Source of the DNA: Mobula hypostoma
Lineage: Eukaryota
Direction of reading: 5' to 3'
NCBI RefSeq assembly: GCF_963921235.1
Contig: NC_086108.1
Coordinates: forward strand, 16,802,001 to 16,866,000
Length of the DNA stretch: 64,000 bases
The notes under the pieces: generated by a model
The model's input: only the letters and a program-made list of their open reading frames with translations
The model's database searches: none
What the model was told of the DNA's origin: nothing
In this document: piece by piece, positions 39,934 to 53,645 of the stretch
Numbering within the stretch: position 1 is the stretch's first letter
Layout: each line of letters opens with the position of its first letter
Position numbers and translations under genes: made by a program

Positions 39934-42900
39934 TATAATTCACAAAAGGACCTACTGGGAACAATCCATTATTCCCTAATTATATTTATCAGATTGTATT
40001 CCAATGCCAGATATACAGAATGGCAAGAACGATAACTATTACACAACTTGGACATTTTTTTTAAATCAGTTAGTTGAAAATTAAGTTATGCAGTAATCAA
40101 TGGATCATCTCCAAAAGCAGTTATTTTATCATAGTAAATAACATGCAGTGAATAAGCTGTGAGATGTACAAATATACTTAAAGAAAATTCAAATGCTTTA
40201 CATTCAATTACATGAATCTAAAGTTCACACTTTTACTTTTTAAATGACTGTAACTGTATTGTTTTAACGATACAGGAATGTTCCAACAAATCAGCAATTT
40301 AAAAATGTCACTACTAACCTTTGGAACTGAGAGCTTAATATTTGATTATTAAATCCATGGTAAAATAAACGCCCTTTGCCATGATAAAGAATGCATTTCA
40401 GCATCTCTGATTGCACCAGTTCCTTTCTCACACTAGGGTGTCATGGGAAGTATGCTTTCATTTCAAGAGCTAAAATTAATACATACCTGGGTACGCATCA
40501 TTGAGGCCAAAAAAACTGATGACATGCTGTGATCACATGACAGCTGACCATGGCTTAATTAGTTATTAATTTTTAACATTTGCAGCAGGTGCACAATTTA
40601 CTAAGAAAAAGTGAAACTAATTCATTACGACAATGCATCTGTGTGTCAGTGTTTCAACAACTACCGTAAATCCTCTTGCATTATACTTTCCTGTAAAATT
40701 CCAAAACATACTAATAATTTTTTAAAATCCTAAGTATTATTTCAAATATGGTTGTTTTCCCTGTGGGGTAAGGCCATTTAAACAAGGCTTAAGGCACTGA
40801 GTTAAGGTATACAATCATGATACGTGTATTCCATCATTTATATTTTCACTGTTTCATCTGCCCTTTCTTATTTTATACATTCATCTGGTTCCCCTATCAT
40901 ATTTTGTGCAGTGATCTCATAATGACTATTTGGCTAAACACAGAACTTTAATGATTTAAAGGAACCCAAGAGTTTTCGGATTTGACCCTTTGTTCTGCTT
41001 AGTTGACGTGAGCTGAAGCAATGATGAGAGTGCTAATTTAGGGTTGGTGCCCCTGGGGAAATCAATTAGCATTCTAGCTTCTGAAGATTATATATTAAGT
41101 CATGACAGGATCAGGTGTGATCTAACCTTCCTCTGCCCACCCTCTGACAGCTCAATATTCTGCTTGGTCCTGCTTTTTAGCTTCATACACAACTGGATCA
41201 CATTAGATGAGACAAAGACAAACCACCTACATTCCTGGATTGATATTTTCACAAGAGTCAATAATTTTTCAAAAGCAAAAAGTTTATACAAAAGCAAAAA
41301 AAAAAAGGGCAATATCACAATTAATTCTACAGGAATAATGGCCAGATTGTAATGTTGAGCTTCTGCAATAATTTTAATCAAGACTGTGCCCACTGGATCT
41401 GCTTAATGCGATTAGTAAAATACTATGGAAATGACACATCAGAATGCCTCAAATCCTGTGAAACCAATCAAATCAATTACTGTGAAATAGCAGCAATCTT
41501 CCAGATAATATGGATCCCACTAACCTAACAGAGGAAAGCATTATCATAAAACTGTCCTTTACGTATGGAGTACAGTGTGCATTATTAGCAATTAATGAGA
41601 CTACCATACAGCTATTCTATGAGTATGAATCCAAATTTAAGACTATTGAAATATGAACCATTAAAGAACCACACCACAGACAACTGATGCACTATTTGTA
41701 ATTTTGAACGAGTGTAAGATAAAAGGGATTCCTCTCCTATTCTACAACTGCATCACAAAATTTTAAAAAAATACCATACATCTTGAGTGAAATATAATTG
41801 GTATTCCCCTTCAAGAAAAAGACAGAATATAAATGTTGATAGACTCTCAACATTAACAATGCAATATACTGTCTATGAAAACAAAAACATTAAAGAAGAA
41901 ATTCTATACTCAAAAGAATATTGAGTTTACAGCCACACAAACTCATTGTAAAATGAGCATTGGTTACATAGCTATAGTTGTTTTGGGTGGGGAAAGAGAA
42001 ACACAATTTAACTTCTGACCAGAGTGATACTGAATAAATGACCCAAATGCATTAATTTCCTAAGCAAGGCAGGGCATTAAAAAGAAACTGTGGAAGGTAT
42101 CAAACATAATTCCTAACTTAGAGCACTTAGGGTTTTGTTTTAAATCAAATACCAAGTTAGCGCAGAAAGAATAAATGAAAAACAAAGAAAAACATGCAGG
42201 TGCTGGAAATCTGGAATGAGAATACATTTTGCTCAGCAATGATGAAGAAATTGAAAATTATCAAAGTTGCAGAGAACACACCACTCTGATCTATCTTTCT
42301 GTGCTGTCATGAGTTCTGATGTAAATTTGAGAAACCGTGTGTCAATTTGCGTTGCAATTTGCAGCCTTCCAGACTCAAAATCAACAATTCCAGGTAATTC
42401 ACTTTGTTTGCATCTGAACCGTATATTCTATTTCTTTTACTATTATCGATTATAATAGTAAGCTCCACTAACATTGCTTGATCTGCTGGGCATTTTAATT
42501 TGCAGTTTACAGCTTTTGTACCTTATTTTTGCTCATGTTCTCCATCTGTAACTGCTCCTTTTAACCTATCAACCAGATGGTTTCATCAACAGTTTATCAC
42601 TATGGCAACCATCACCTTGCATATCAGAAAAATTCCCATTGTCGTATCTATCCTTCGCCCACCCTCAGTGCAATTTAAAAACTAATTTGTTTTTCTTTCC
42701 TGACAAAGGGTGTTCAACCAGAAATATTCAATCTGTTTCTTTTTCCACATGCTGCCTGACTTGCCGAACGTTTTCAGCATTTCATTTTTATTTTCTTATA
42801 TCCTCCTTATGACACACAAAGCTCTGCAGCTCATCAAATCTATGCCAGCTCTCTGATCATACCAAACCTCAATTTAATTTCCTACAACCTATTCGTTTTC

Positions 42901-45070
42901 ACACTATCATTAACAACCTTTATCCATTTTCTTAACAATCATCTAACAGATTTACAGTTAGCCAATAACTTAACAACTGGCAGATTTTGGAAGCTGAGAA
43001 AAAAAATAATAAAAACCCAGGGAACCCCATGTGGTTAGAACAGAAAGTGCTAACTCCACACAACCAACAAGAAATTAGTGATTAAACCAGTCAGTGAAAC
43101 AGTGAAGTAGCTGCTTTCCCTGCCATGTTCAAATAAATGTATTTGCAATACGAGAAATTTTGACTTTTAGCCTAAGTGATTGGAATTGCATTACTAAAAT
43201 GATAGGAAATTTAATTATATGATATAAAATGCACAGGTTGCTAAATCAAATGACAGTTCCTGTTCTTACACAATGACGTTGTTCCTCTGCAATACCTAAT
43301 AAGGGAGGAACTTGTATATTACCTAGTACTATTCACCATTGAGTCACACAGCCCTAATGCTGGAGGAACTTGCATATTACCCAGCTCCATTCACCATTGT
43401 TGTACGGCATAGAAACAAGACCTTCGGCTCAACTTATCTAACTGTCTAGCCCGATAAACTAATCCCTTCTGCTCGTGCTGGACCCATTGCCCTCTAAACC
43501 TCCTCTATCCATGTACTTATCTATATGGCTTTTAAACATTGCCCAAACAATGTTAAACCAATGCCCTCGCTTTTTAACATACTCTTCCTGGGAAAAAGAC
43601 TTTCACCTTGTCTAAGCCTTCTTGATCTTATATACCTCCATCAGGTCAGCCCTCAATCTCCTACACTCCAGGGATAATGTCCTAGTCTACACAATTTTTC
43701 CTTGTAACTCAGGCCCCCAAAGTCCAGGCAACGTCAAAGTAAGTCTTTTCTGTATTCTTTCTAGTTTAATAACATTTTTTCTGTTACAGGGTGACCAAGA
43801 CTGTACACAATACTCAAAGAGCAACATCACCTATATCTTATATAACTACAATATTGTTTGCATGATTTGTTTTGATATTTTTCCTCTTTCTCTGTAGGCA
43901 CTTGGGGTTTAGTCTTTTTTTTTAATTGGGTTATTTTGTGACTGCCTGTTAAGCAAACTAATCTCAAGGTTGTATAATTTATAAAGTTGTTGATAATAAA
44001 TGCACTTTGAATATTTGAATCTTGAACATAAATTCCCAATTCCTATACTTGGTTCTAACTGATGACAGCCAGGATATCAAACACCACCTTCATTTACCAC
44101 TCGATATACCCATAATGCTGCTTTCAGCAAACTGTGCACTTGCACTCTTAAGTGCCTTTGTTCCATAACACTTTTCAAGGCCCAGTTTTGGGCTTGTTTA
44201 TTGTTAATAATGGACTCCAACATCTTCCCAACCACCTAAGTCAAGATAACTGGCTTATAATTTCCTGTCTTTTGCCTTAGCCTCAATATCTTTCGTCAAC
44301 CTTGTCCTTCATTCTAACAGAAACATGCAGGCCCTAAATTTTTGACATCATACTTTAAAAGGCTTGCCACTTGGCACACACTCTTTTCCCTATGAACAAT
44401 TTTGCCCAATTAACTGCTGTAATATCCTGTCTAATGGCTCCAAAATTTGCTCTGCCCAAGTTCAGGTCCTTAACCAACTGTATCCTTCTCCATAAATATT
44501 TTAATACTAATAGAGTTGGTTTCAGATTTATGGAGAAGGATAGATCAGGTCTTTGAGTTGGGATTCTAAATTAAAGAAAGGCCTATTTTAAATGCATCAG
44601 AAAGGATATGTCAAGTCTGGATTGAGATAAGTTGTTTCCTGGCAACGGTGTGCTTAGTAAGTGGGAGGCCTACAAAAGTGAAATTTTGAGATTTCAGAAT
44701 TTGCATGTTCCTGTCAGAATCAAAGGCTAGGCACCAGATTAACCTGAACCATTGGGCTCCTGAACCAAAGTGGATAACTTCACTCACCCCAGCACTGAAC
44801 TGATTCCATAACCTATGGTCTCACTTTCAAGGACTCTACAATTCAAGTCCTCAACATTATTTATTACACATTTTTATTATTATTATTATTTTGTTTTCTT
44901 TTTGTATTTGCACAATTTGGCGTCTTTCGCTCATTGTTGTTTGTCCATCTTTGTGTGCAGATTTTCATTGATTCTATTGTGTTTCTTTGTATCTACTGTG
45001 AATGCCTACAAAAATGAATCTCAGGGTTGAATATAGAAACATATATATATGCAGTAAGTACTTTTAATAA

Positions 45071-45645
45071 TGGGGTGTATGGGGTGTCAAGGAGGGGTAG
45101 CACCTCTGGTGGGGGAACATGCCGCGTCCTTTTCAGGGCGGTTAGTCCACCTTTGGTCCCCACCTGGCACTCAGCTCTCACCTGTGGCTCCCCGTAGCTG
45201 TTTGCATGCGACAGCGGCCACACCCCGGGCAACGGCTTCGACAAGCCGGCTAAACCGGGTGAGGGTAGCCGACGGGTCTCAAACCCTCGGTGTGATAGGG
45301 AGTTGTCTATCCCAGCATGTGAAGACAGACTCCGGCGGATTGAGCGGACGAGACCTATGGAAGGTCCAACGGTCAAGAAGGCGGTCTCTGCAAGCGTCGT
45401 GGAACATGTAGAGCAGTACAAGACACAGAAGACGTCCTGGTCAACCACTGCGCCTAGTCCCATCTCCAGCTGTCTAGACTCTGTCTTGCCACTGGATCCA
45501 GATGGGAATTGGGAAGAGAGAGTGAGGCTGACGCTGCGCAACTCTCCCTCACTTAAATCCAAATCACGCGCTAGTCTCGACACCATCATACTGGTGTCGA
45601 GGTCCTCATCGATGTCAATGATGGACGAACAACACGCACAACAAC
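45071..45645 (+). mobile_element. Bipartite non-autonomous RTE derivative (RTE 5' UTR fused to RTE 3' tip)
   Basis: 45072-45589 aligns with 22090-22585; 45595-45633 aligns with 27219-27257; TSD ACTTTTAATAA at 45060-45070 and 45646-45656. Confidence 0.9.
45072..45263 (+). ncRNA. Putative HDV-like self-cleaving ribozyme, all helices intact
   Basis: P1 45072-78/45220-26, P2 45177-84/45256-63, P3 45186-88/45217-19, P1.1 C45190-91/G45227-28, P4 45233-38/45243-48, J4/2 GCUAA with C45250. Confidence 0.75.
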
Positions 45646-46988
45646 ACTTTTAATAAATAAGTTTGATAATAAATACGTTAAGACTTTATTCCCTGGAGCA
45701 TAGGAGATCTGATAGAGGTATACAAAATTCAGGCAGACCTTTTCCACTGATGTTGAGTGAGATTAGAGGTCATAAGTTAAGTGTAAATAGATAGGAGGGG
45801 TGTAGAGGGCTATGGTCCAAGGCAAAAAAACAATTCCAGTTGCAGTTAGAGGTAGAATCTGCTGCATGTCAACTTTGGCAGGTTTTGTAGGCCATTACTT
45901 CCGACAAAGTAAAACCTAATTATTATGAATGGCTGTAATGCTTCACTTCCAGATGAGCTCAACACCTTTTATGCCATCTATAATTCTGATGACAACACAA
46001 CTATTGTCACAACAGATCGAAGGTTGAGCAGTAACACCTTGTACTTAATGTCAGCAAGACCAAGGAATTATTGTGGACTTCAGGGGAGGGAAATCGAGGG
46101 ACTACACACCAGCCTCATTAATAAATCAGTAAGTGGAAATGGTGAGCAGTTTCAAGTTCCTAGGTGTCAATATTTCTGAGGATCCATCCTGGCCCCAACA
46201 TATTGATGAATTACAAACAAGAGAAAATCTGCAGATGCTGGAAATCCAAGCGACACACACAAAATGCTGGACGACTCAGCAGGCCAGGCAGCAGCTATGG
46301 AAAAAAGTACAGTCATACAGTCAACATTTTGGCCCAAGACCCTTCAGCAGGACTGGAGCAAAAAGCTGAGGAGTAGATTTAAAAGGTGGGAAGAGGGGAG
46401 ACAGAAACACAAGGTGATAGGTAAAACCTGAAGGGGGAGGGATGAAGTAAAGAGCTGGGAAGTTGGTTGATAAAAGAGATACAGGACAGAAATGGGAGTC
46501 TGATAGAAGTGGATAGAAGGCCCTAGAAGAAAGGGGGGTCTACCCAGATGGAATATAACCAGAATCAGGTTTATTATTACCAGCATTGTTAACTTAGTAG
46601 CAGCAGTTCAATGCATAATATAGAATTTTTAAAAAGTAAATCAATTACAGTATATGTATATTGAATAATTAAAAATTGTGCAAAAACATAAATATATTAA
46701 AAAAGTGAGGCAGTGTTCATGGGTTCAATGTCCATTTAGGAATCAGATGGCAGAGGGGAAAAACCTGTTCCTGAATGGCTGAGTGTGTGCCTTCAGGCTT
46801 CTGTACCTCCTACGTGATGGTAACAGTGAGAAAAGGGAATGCCCTGGGTGCCAGGGGTCCTTAATAATGGACGCTGCCTTTCTGAAACACCGTTCCTTGA
46901 AGATGTCCTGGGTACTTTGTAGACTAGTACTCAAGATGGAGCCAACTAAATTTATGACCCTCTGCAGCTTCTTTTGGTCCTGTGCAGT

Positions 46989-47122
46989 TAGGGGTGCCAA
47001 TTTTCTCACTCCCAAATAAGGGACAAAAGGTGGCATGCCGCGACGGTGTGGGTATGGTGCAGGCCAGGGATGAAGTGACTGAGGGGGCTAGCAGCTAGCA
47101 GATGGTAACAGGCACCTTCTTC

Positions 47123-47160
<38 letters not shown>

Positions 47161-49587
47161 ACAACCCTGAGTAGGTAAACAAATCCAATATGTGAACCGT
47201 GTATACATATCTTCAGTGTTATATATGAAATGTAACACCAAATTATATCAGAGCATAATCTGACTACCAGTCAGACATGAAATAACACCAAATAACCCTA
47301 TCTGTATGTGCCTATAGAGCAGACATATAATCACTGCAAAAGTGAAAAGAGAGGGGGACTCACCAAGTCTACCTTTTCCATGGATATTTCTTGCTGCTCT
47401 TGACTGATTCAAGCATTCCTTTGCCTTTTGCACAGCCAGAGAGAAGTCCTTACATGACAAGTGACAGTTCACAAATATTTGAAGTTCATTTTTGATCAGC
47501 TATGTGCTGCATCTGTTTCTTGAGTCTGACCATTTAATGGTCATCAGAGAGAAGATCCTCCCTACAAAGGCATTTGAGCCTGGCACACTGAGGACAAATG
47601 AGACAATCCTGAACATGTTGATCAAGTTGGCTTTCCCTATGTTTTGGAAAACTGCCACCCACTTCTCACTGGTCAATTTTGTGGTATCCTGTCTGGCTTT
47701 CTGTATTTCCTCCCATCTAGCACAAAACTCTTCATAGAGTTGGTCCATATTGACTGTCTCTGTCAGTTTGAGGGCAGCCACCACCTGCTCCAGGTCAGTG
47801 AAGGAGAGCTCCTCAGAGGCCGATCGGTTTCAGTTTCATCACTACATTTTCCGGTGAGAAATCAAGCCACTTGTTAATGTATGTAATGACAGAGTCATAG
47901 AACTTCACAAAGTCCTGTTGCTGCTTGGACCTTTGTGCTTGGACCTTTGTGCTGGCACTTGTTTGTCCATCAGCTGTTTGGTCTGGTATCCAAAAAGCTG
48001 TCCTGTTTCCACCGAAGCATCTTCATTTTGAATTTTCGGACTTCCTCGTAAACATTTGTGATGCAGAGTTTTGTTCCCTCCAGCTTTTTTACGAGTTGGT
48101 CAAAAACACACCACACGTTGTGGGAAAAGCACAGATAAATTTCAGTTGCTCCCGTTTTTTCTTCATCCTCAAAAATCCTCTTCAGTGCCACAGGACAGGT
48201 CTCAAGGGACCTGAAGTATGACGTAGGAGCTGGCTAGCTTTGCAGGAGACATTCGACAGCTGGATGAAGAGAGAGCCATCGTGTGCACCATGACGCAGAA
48301 TTTCATGCCACTCAGTATCAACAAAGGCAAAAAGTGAACGCAGTTCCTCTCTTCAGGAAGCAGATATTGAGAAGTGGCTGTAGACCTTTAGAATAATTGT
48401 CTCACTATCCACTGACAGCTGATCACAGGCGTGCTTGCAAGCGTTATGAGCTATGTGAGCTGGGCAATTAGCTTTCAGAATGCGATTGTTGGCACTGCTC
48501 AATAACTGGTAAACTGAGTGGTGTTTTCCAAAGTTTACATTGGCATTATCTGCTGCATAGGCTGTGACGTGTCTAATATCCAGTTCATACTTTTCCAGAC
48601 AGCTCATCAGAGCTTGATGTATGCCATTTGCAGTTTCATCACTGTCTTCATAAAAGTCAAGTAACTTACACTGCACTCCATCACACACAGAGAAGTATCT
48701 CATGCACACTGGAACCATCTTTCTCTCTCTCTTGTTTGAGGCATCGGTGGCAACTGAGAAATACGTGGGCTCCACGGGTTCATCTTCTTCAGTTGGGGAC
48801 AGATCATCCATAATATCCTGCATAGTCTTTGGTCCTAAAACATTCATTGTATTCATCTCAGCTTTCGTTCTTCCCAAGTGCATCTTCACAACACTTGAGT
48901 CCTTAAACAAAGCACCGTTGAGCTTAGCAAGACAGTCGGTGCTGTTGTAGCTGAGTCCATGTTTAACCATATGGTATATATACGAGGCTTCACTTGCTGC
49001 GATTTTGTCATTTTCCACAGTAGATTTCATGAAGAATGCACCAATATTGTTTGCACCCTTAGCTAGTGTGGCCTTCTTGTGCACTTCTGTGGAAGCATGC
49101 TGAGTTAGGTCATTCTCACCTTCATGGCCAATTGAGAATTCCCGACGGCATAAAGTACAGAAGGCCTTCGTTGACATCGAGTCACCACTGATGGGCTTAC
49201 CCACGTCTTTTTTGCTTCCCATTGCTTGTTATAACCGCACAGACTTTTCTTTTTAGGAGCTTTATCCATATTGGCACATGCCAAACTGACTGAACACCAG
49301 GCGTTACTGAAACATTTTGTTTTGGCAGGAATTGGCAAAATATAGCGCACAACTGATGCGCATAAGGGGGCCTGTGACAGGTGAATCACTTGTGCGTGAC
49401 GTCAACAGCACATGCAACACGCGCACACGCTGTTGTATCAGATCTAAGATCTGTCTGTAAACGTGCCCTCTGGTGATTACAGAGTAGTAACAGTCAAATA
49501 CAGGACAAGGGCGGTCCCATATGGGACAAACCAATTTAGCCCAATATATGGGATATCCCGGCTAATACGGTACAGTTGGCAACCCTA
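46989..49587 (-). mobile_element. Full-length hAT transposon (Blackjack-like)
   Basis: TIRs TAGGGGTGCCAA / TTGGCAACCCTA; 8-bp TSD TGTGCAGT at 46981-46988 and 49588-49595; subterminal GGGACA repeats. Confidence 0.93.
47369..49269 (-). pseudogene. Frameshifted hAT transposase
   Basis: BED-like finger FCTLCRREFS..QHASTEVH, SVATDAS, YAADNANVNFG, CPAHIAHN, C-terminal PGSNAFVGRIFS; split over several frames. Confidence 0.88.
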
Positions 49588-52568
49588 TGTGCAGTAGCCC
49601 TCCCCACCACACCACACAGTGATGCAACTTGTCAGAACGCTCTCCATAGTACATCTATAGAAGTTCTTGAGCGATTTTGTTGACATACCAAATCTCTTCA
49701 AACTCCAAGATGCTGCCTTGCCTTCTCTGTAGCTGCACCGATATGTTGGAACCAGGTTAAGTCCTCAGAGATCTTTGGCACCCAGGAACTTGAAACTGCT
49801 CACTCTCTCCACTTCTGATACATCATAAGATGTTGTTCCTCCAATCTAAGTGTGTCCTCATTACTTCAGTGGGAGAGGCCATGGATAGACATATCGAAAT
49901 GGGAATGGGAAGTGGAATTAAAATGGATGGCCACCAGGAGATCCTGCTTTTTCTGGCGGATGGTGAAGCAATTACAAAGAAGGCATGACAGTGGCTATAT
50001 TTCATTAGGAGTTTGAGCAGAATTGGTATGTCACCAAATATTAGAAAACGTAGAGAACCTACAGCACAATACAGGCCCTTCGGCCCACAAAGCTGTGCGG
50101 AACATATGCTTACCTTAGAAATTACCTTGGATTACCCATAGCCCTCTATTTTTCTAAGCTCCATGTACCTATCCAAGAGTCTCTTAAAAGACCCTATCAT
50201 ATTCGCCTCCACCACTGTCGCCAGCAGCCCATTACACACACTCACCATTCTCTGCATAAAAAACTTACCCCTGTCATCTCCTCTGTACCTAATATAGTAT
50301 AATATTCTTGTAAACTTCCTCAGATGTGTCACGGAGAGTATACTAAACAGTTTGCATCACCCTCTGGTACGGAGGGGTCACTGCACTGGATCAGAAAAAG
50401 CAACAGAAAATTGTAAATTCAGCCAGTTTCATCATGGGCGCTAACTTCCCCAGTATCTAGGACATCTTCAAAAGGCGATGCCTCAAAAGGCAGCATCCAA
50501 CATTAAGGACCCCCATCGCCCAGGACATGTCTTTTTCGCACTACTACCATCAAGGTGGTGGTACAGGAGCCTGAAGACACACACTCAATGTTTCAGAAAC
50601 AGCTTCTTCTCCTCCACCATCAGATTTCTAAATGGGCAATGAACCCATTTTCCTCCTCTGTTTTTGCACTACTTATTTTACTTCATGTTTTCATATATAC
50701 TTATTGTAATTTATAGTTTATTATGTATTGCAATGGACCATTGTCACAGAACAACACACTCCACAACATATGCCAGTGATATTTAATCTGATTCTGATGT
50801 GCTAGTCGATGGGACTAGGCAAAATAAAAGTTCTGTGTGGACTAGATGGGCTAAAGGGCCTGTTTCAGTGCTCTAGGACTCTAATTATAGTCTGTAGGAA
50901 ATATAGGGGGGAAAAGTCACACTGAACAATTGGAATGGACCAAGTTAAACCTCCCACAGATTTTCAGCTAAAAAAATCCTATTTTCTCTACCATCGGTCG
51001 CGAAATGATGGCACACATTGTCATGTAATTCAACAGATATCAAGTATTTTAATTAATGCCAGGATTAATGATTCATTAGGCAATATAACAATAATTATTA
51101 AAGTTCATACCACATCTGACCCAGAACTGATCTGGAGCTGCATTCATACAAATGTAAGAGTACTTAGGAAAAAAAAATAGATCAGGAGCAGGTCACATGG
51201 CTCCTCAAGCCTGCCCCACCATTCACATGATCATGGTTGATCTATGCTGGATTCACCTCATCTTCTGAGCCAATTCCCTATAGTTTTAAACTGCTTGGTC
51301 TTTCAAATATTCACCTGCATCCACCTTAAATACTTGTAATGATTCAGCCCCCAACACCCTCTAGGAAACAGAATTCCCCCACCACAAAAAGATTTTTTTT
51401 ACACAAGGTCAATTGACTGACCAGTAATGAAAACTCCAGACAGTACTTCTGTTTACTGTAACTCAATGGAATAATTGCTGAGTTTCTTTGTTGAATTATG
51501 CTAACCTAGCATAAATAAAGAACTAAATGTTAGACTTTCATTTCCATATGGTTATCTGCTTATGTTCCTACTATATAAAACTCAATGCAACATGTGCAAA
51601 TCTAACTGTACAAATAGTTCCTCTTCCAAAATATAAAAATCTAATTCATCATTTTGGTTTATTTCTTTTCAGAAAGATGTTTGACATTATTTTAGTTTTC
51701 AGTTAATAGAAAATAAAGTCTGGAATAAATATACAATCATTTGTGATTTTAAGTAAGATAAATAGAATTTCACATTTTATCTTTAGGGCATTAAAAGTAA
51801 ATGTTATACACAAATAAAAAATAAAAATAAAAGAGGGCAACAGCAAATCAGTAGAATACATTAAGCAGACAATTAGAATATTGCTTGCAATTCTGAGCCC
51901 TATAAGAAGTGCAGTAAGCTTTCACTGGAAAACTGAGGTGAGAGGTTAAATCTATGGAAAAGTTCATCAGAGATTATATTGATAGTGCATTTTACTTTTG
52001 CTTTAGATTTGAAGATTTAATTAATTACGCTACCTTGCTCTCAACTCACATGGTACGTTCATTCCTTCCCTTCCTTAACTTCTTATATAGTTATACAGTA
52101 TGGAAACAGGCCCTTCAGCCCAAATCATTCATGTTGACCAAGGTGCCTACTTCAACTAGTCTCAATTGCCTGTGTTTGGCAAATATCCTTCTAAATCTTT
52201 ACCAACCATGTTCCTATCTAGAAGTCTTTTATACATTTTAATCGTATCTGCCTCTACCACTGCTCTGGAAGCTCATTCCACACACGCACCACTATTATGT
52301 GAAGAAATTGCTCCTCATCTAACCTTAGATCTCCACCCTCTTCTCCTACACCCTTGGCAAAAAGACTGATCATTCACCACAAAACAGTTTGGAATAAGAG
52401 TGAAATTGAGAATTAATGTTGCACGTAAAGAAAGCTCAGGGTCACCCTGCAGACTAACAGCATGTGCTCCACAAAGTGAAAAACCAAACTGCATTCAGTT
52501 TCTTTAATGTAGAGGAGGCTACACTGTTAACAGTAAGTAGAACAGAATACTGTAGATCATAAATGGAA

Positions 52569-53645
52569 ACACGAGGAAATCTGCAGATGCTGGAAATTCA
52601 AGCAACACACATAAAAAATGCTGGTGAACACAGCAGGCCAGGCAGCATCTATAGGAAGAGGTACAGTCAACGTTTCGGGCTGAGACCCTTCGTCAGGACT
52701 AACTGAAAAAAGAGAGAGTAAGAGATTTGAAAGTGGGAGGGGGAGGGGGAGATCCGAAATGATAGAAGAAGACCGGAGGGGGAGGGATGGAGCTAAGAGC
52801 TGGAAAGTTGATTTGGCGAAAGGGATACAAGGCTGGAGAAGGGAAAGGATCATGGGACGGGAGGCCTAGGGAGAAAGAAAGGGGAGGGGAGCTCGGAGGA
52901 TGGGCAAGGAATTATAGTGAGAGGGACAGAGGGAGAAAAAAAGAGAGAAAAACATAATAATAAATAAATAGATAGATAGATAGATAGATAAATAAATAAA
53001 TAAGGGATGGGGGCGCAGGATGAGACCGTTTCGCTGAACACGTATGCTCTGTCTGCCAGAGAAAGCAGCATCTCCCAGTGGCCACACATTTTAATTCCAT
53101 GTCCCATTCCCATTCTGATATGTCTATCCACGGCCTCCTCTACTGTCAAGATGAAGCCACACTCAGGTTGGAGGAACAACACCTTATATTCCGTCTGAGT
53201 AGCCTCTAACCTGATGGCATGAACACTGGCTTCTCGAACTTCCGTTAATGCCCCACCTCCCCTTCATACCCCATCCCTTATTTATTTATTTATTATTAAT
53301 TTTTTTTTTCTCTCTATTTTCTCCCTCTGTCCCTCTCACTATAACTCCTTGCCCATCCTCTTTGCTCCCCTCCCTTTTCTTTCTCCCTTGGCCTCCCGTC
53401 CCAGGATCCTCTCCCTTATCCAGCCTCGTATCCCTTTTGCCAATCAACTTTCCAGCTCTCAGCTCCATCCCTCCCCCTCCTGTCTTCTCCTATCATTTCA
53501 GGTCTCACCCTCCCCCTCCCACTTTCAAATCTCTTTCTAACTCTTCTTTCAGTTAGTCGTGACGAAGGGTCTCGGCCCTAAACATTGACTGTAACTTTTC
53601 CTATAGCTGCTGCCTGGCCTGCTGCGTTCACCAGCATTTTTAATA
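52569..53645. mobile_element. PLE insertion: inverted pLTR, GIY-YIG C-terminus, pLTR
   Basis: About 380-400 bp inverted arms (about 52614-53011 and 53269-53641); centre encodes RFAEH..PVATHFN..RLEEQHLIFRL..PDGMN; TSD AGATCATAAATGGAA (52554-68) / AGATTGTAAATGGAA (53646-60). Confidence 0.9.

Larger units (their letters stand above)
45830..50800 (+). mobile_element. Degenerate Rex1-like LINE hosting nested PLE, Rex1, hAT and CR1 insertions
   Basis: SFKFLGVNISEDPSW before 46210; continuation after 49968; AATTACAAA duplicated at both junctions. Confidence 0.65.

Noticed and set aside
41027..41075. miR-155-like hairpin on the minus strand (AATGCTAATTG)
   Set aside because: Only about 11 nt are shared; the seed and the rest of the mature sequence differ.
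31840..42790. Additional hammerheads at about 31848, 36133 and 42700
   Set aside because: Old pLTR copies with core mutations; not called as ribozymes.
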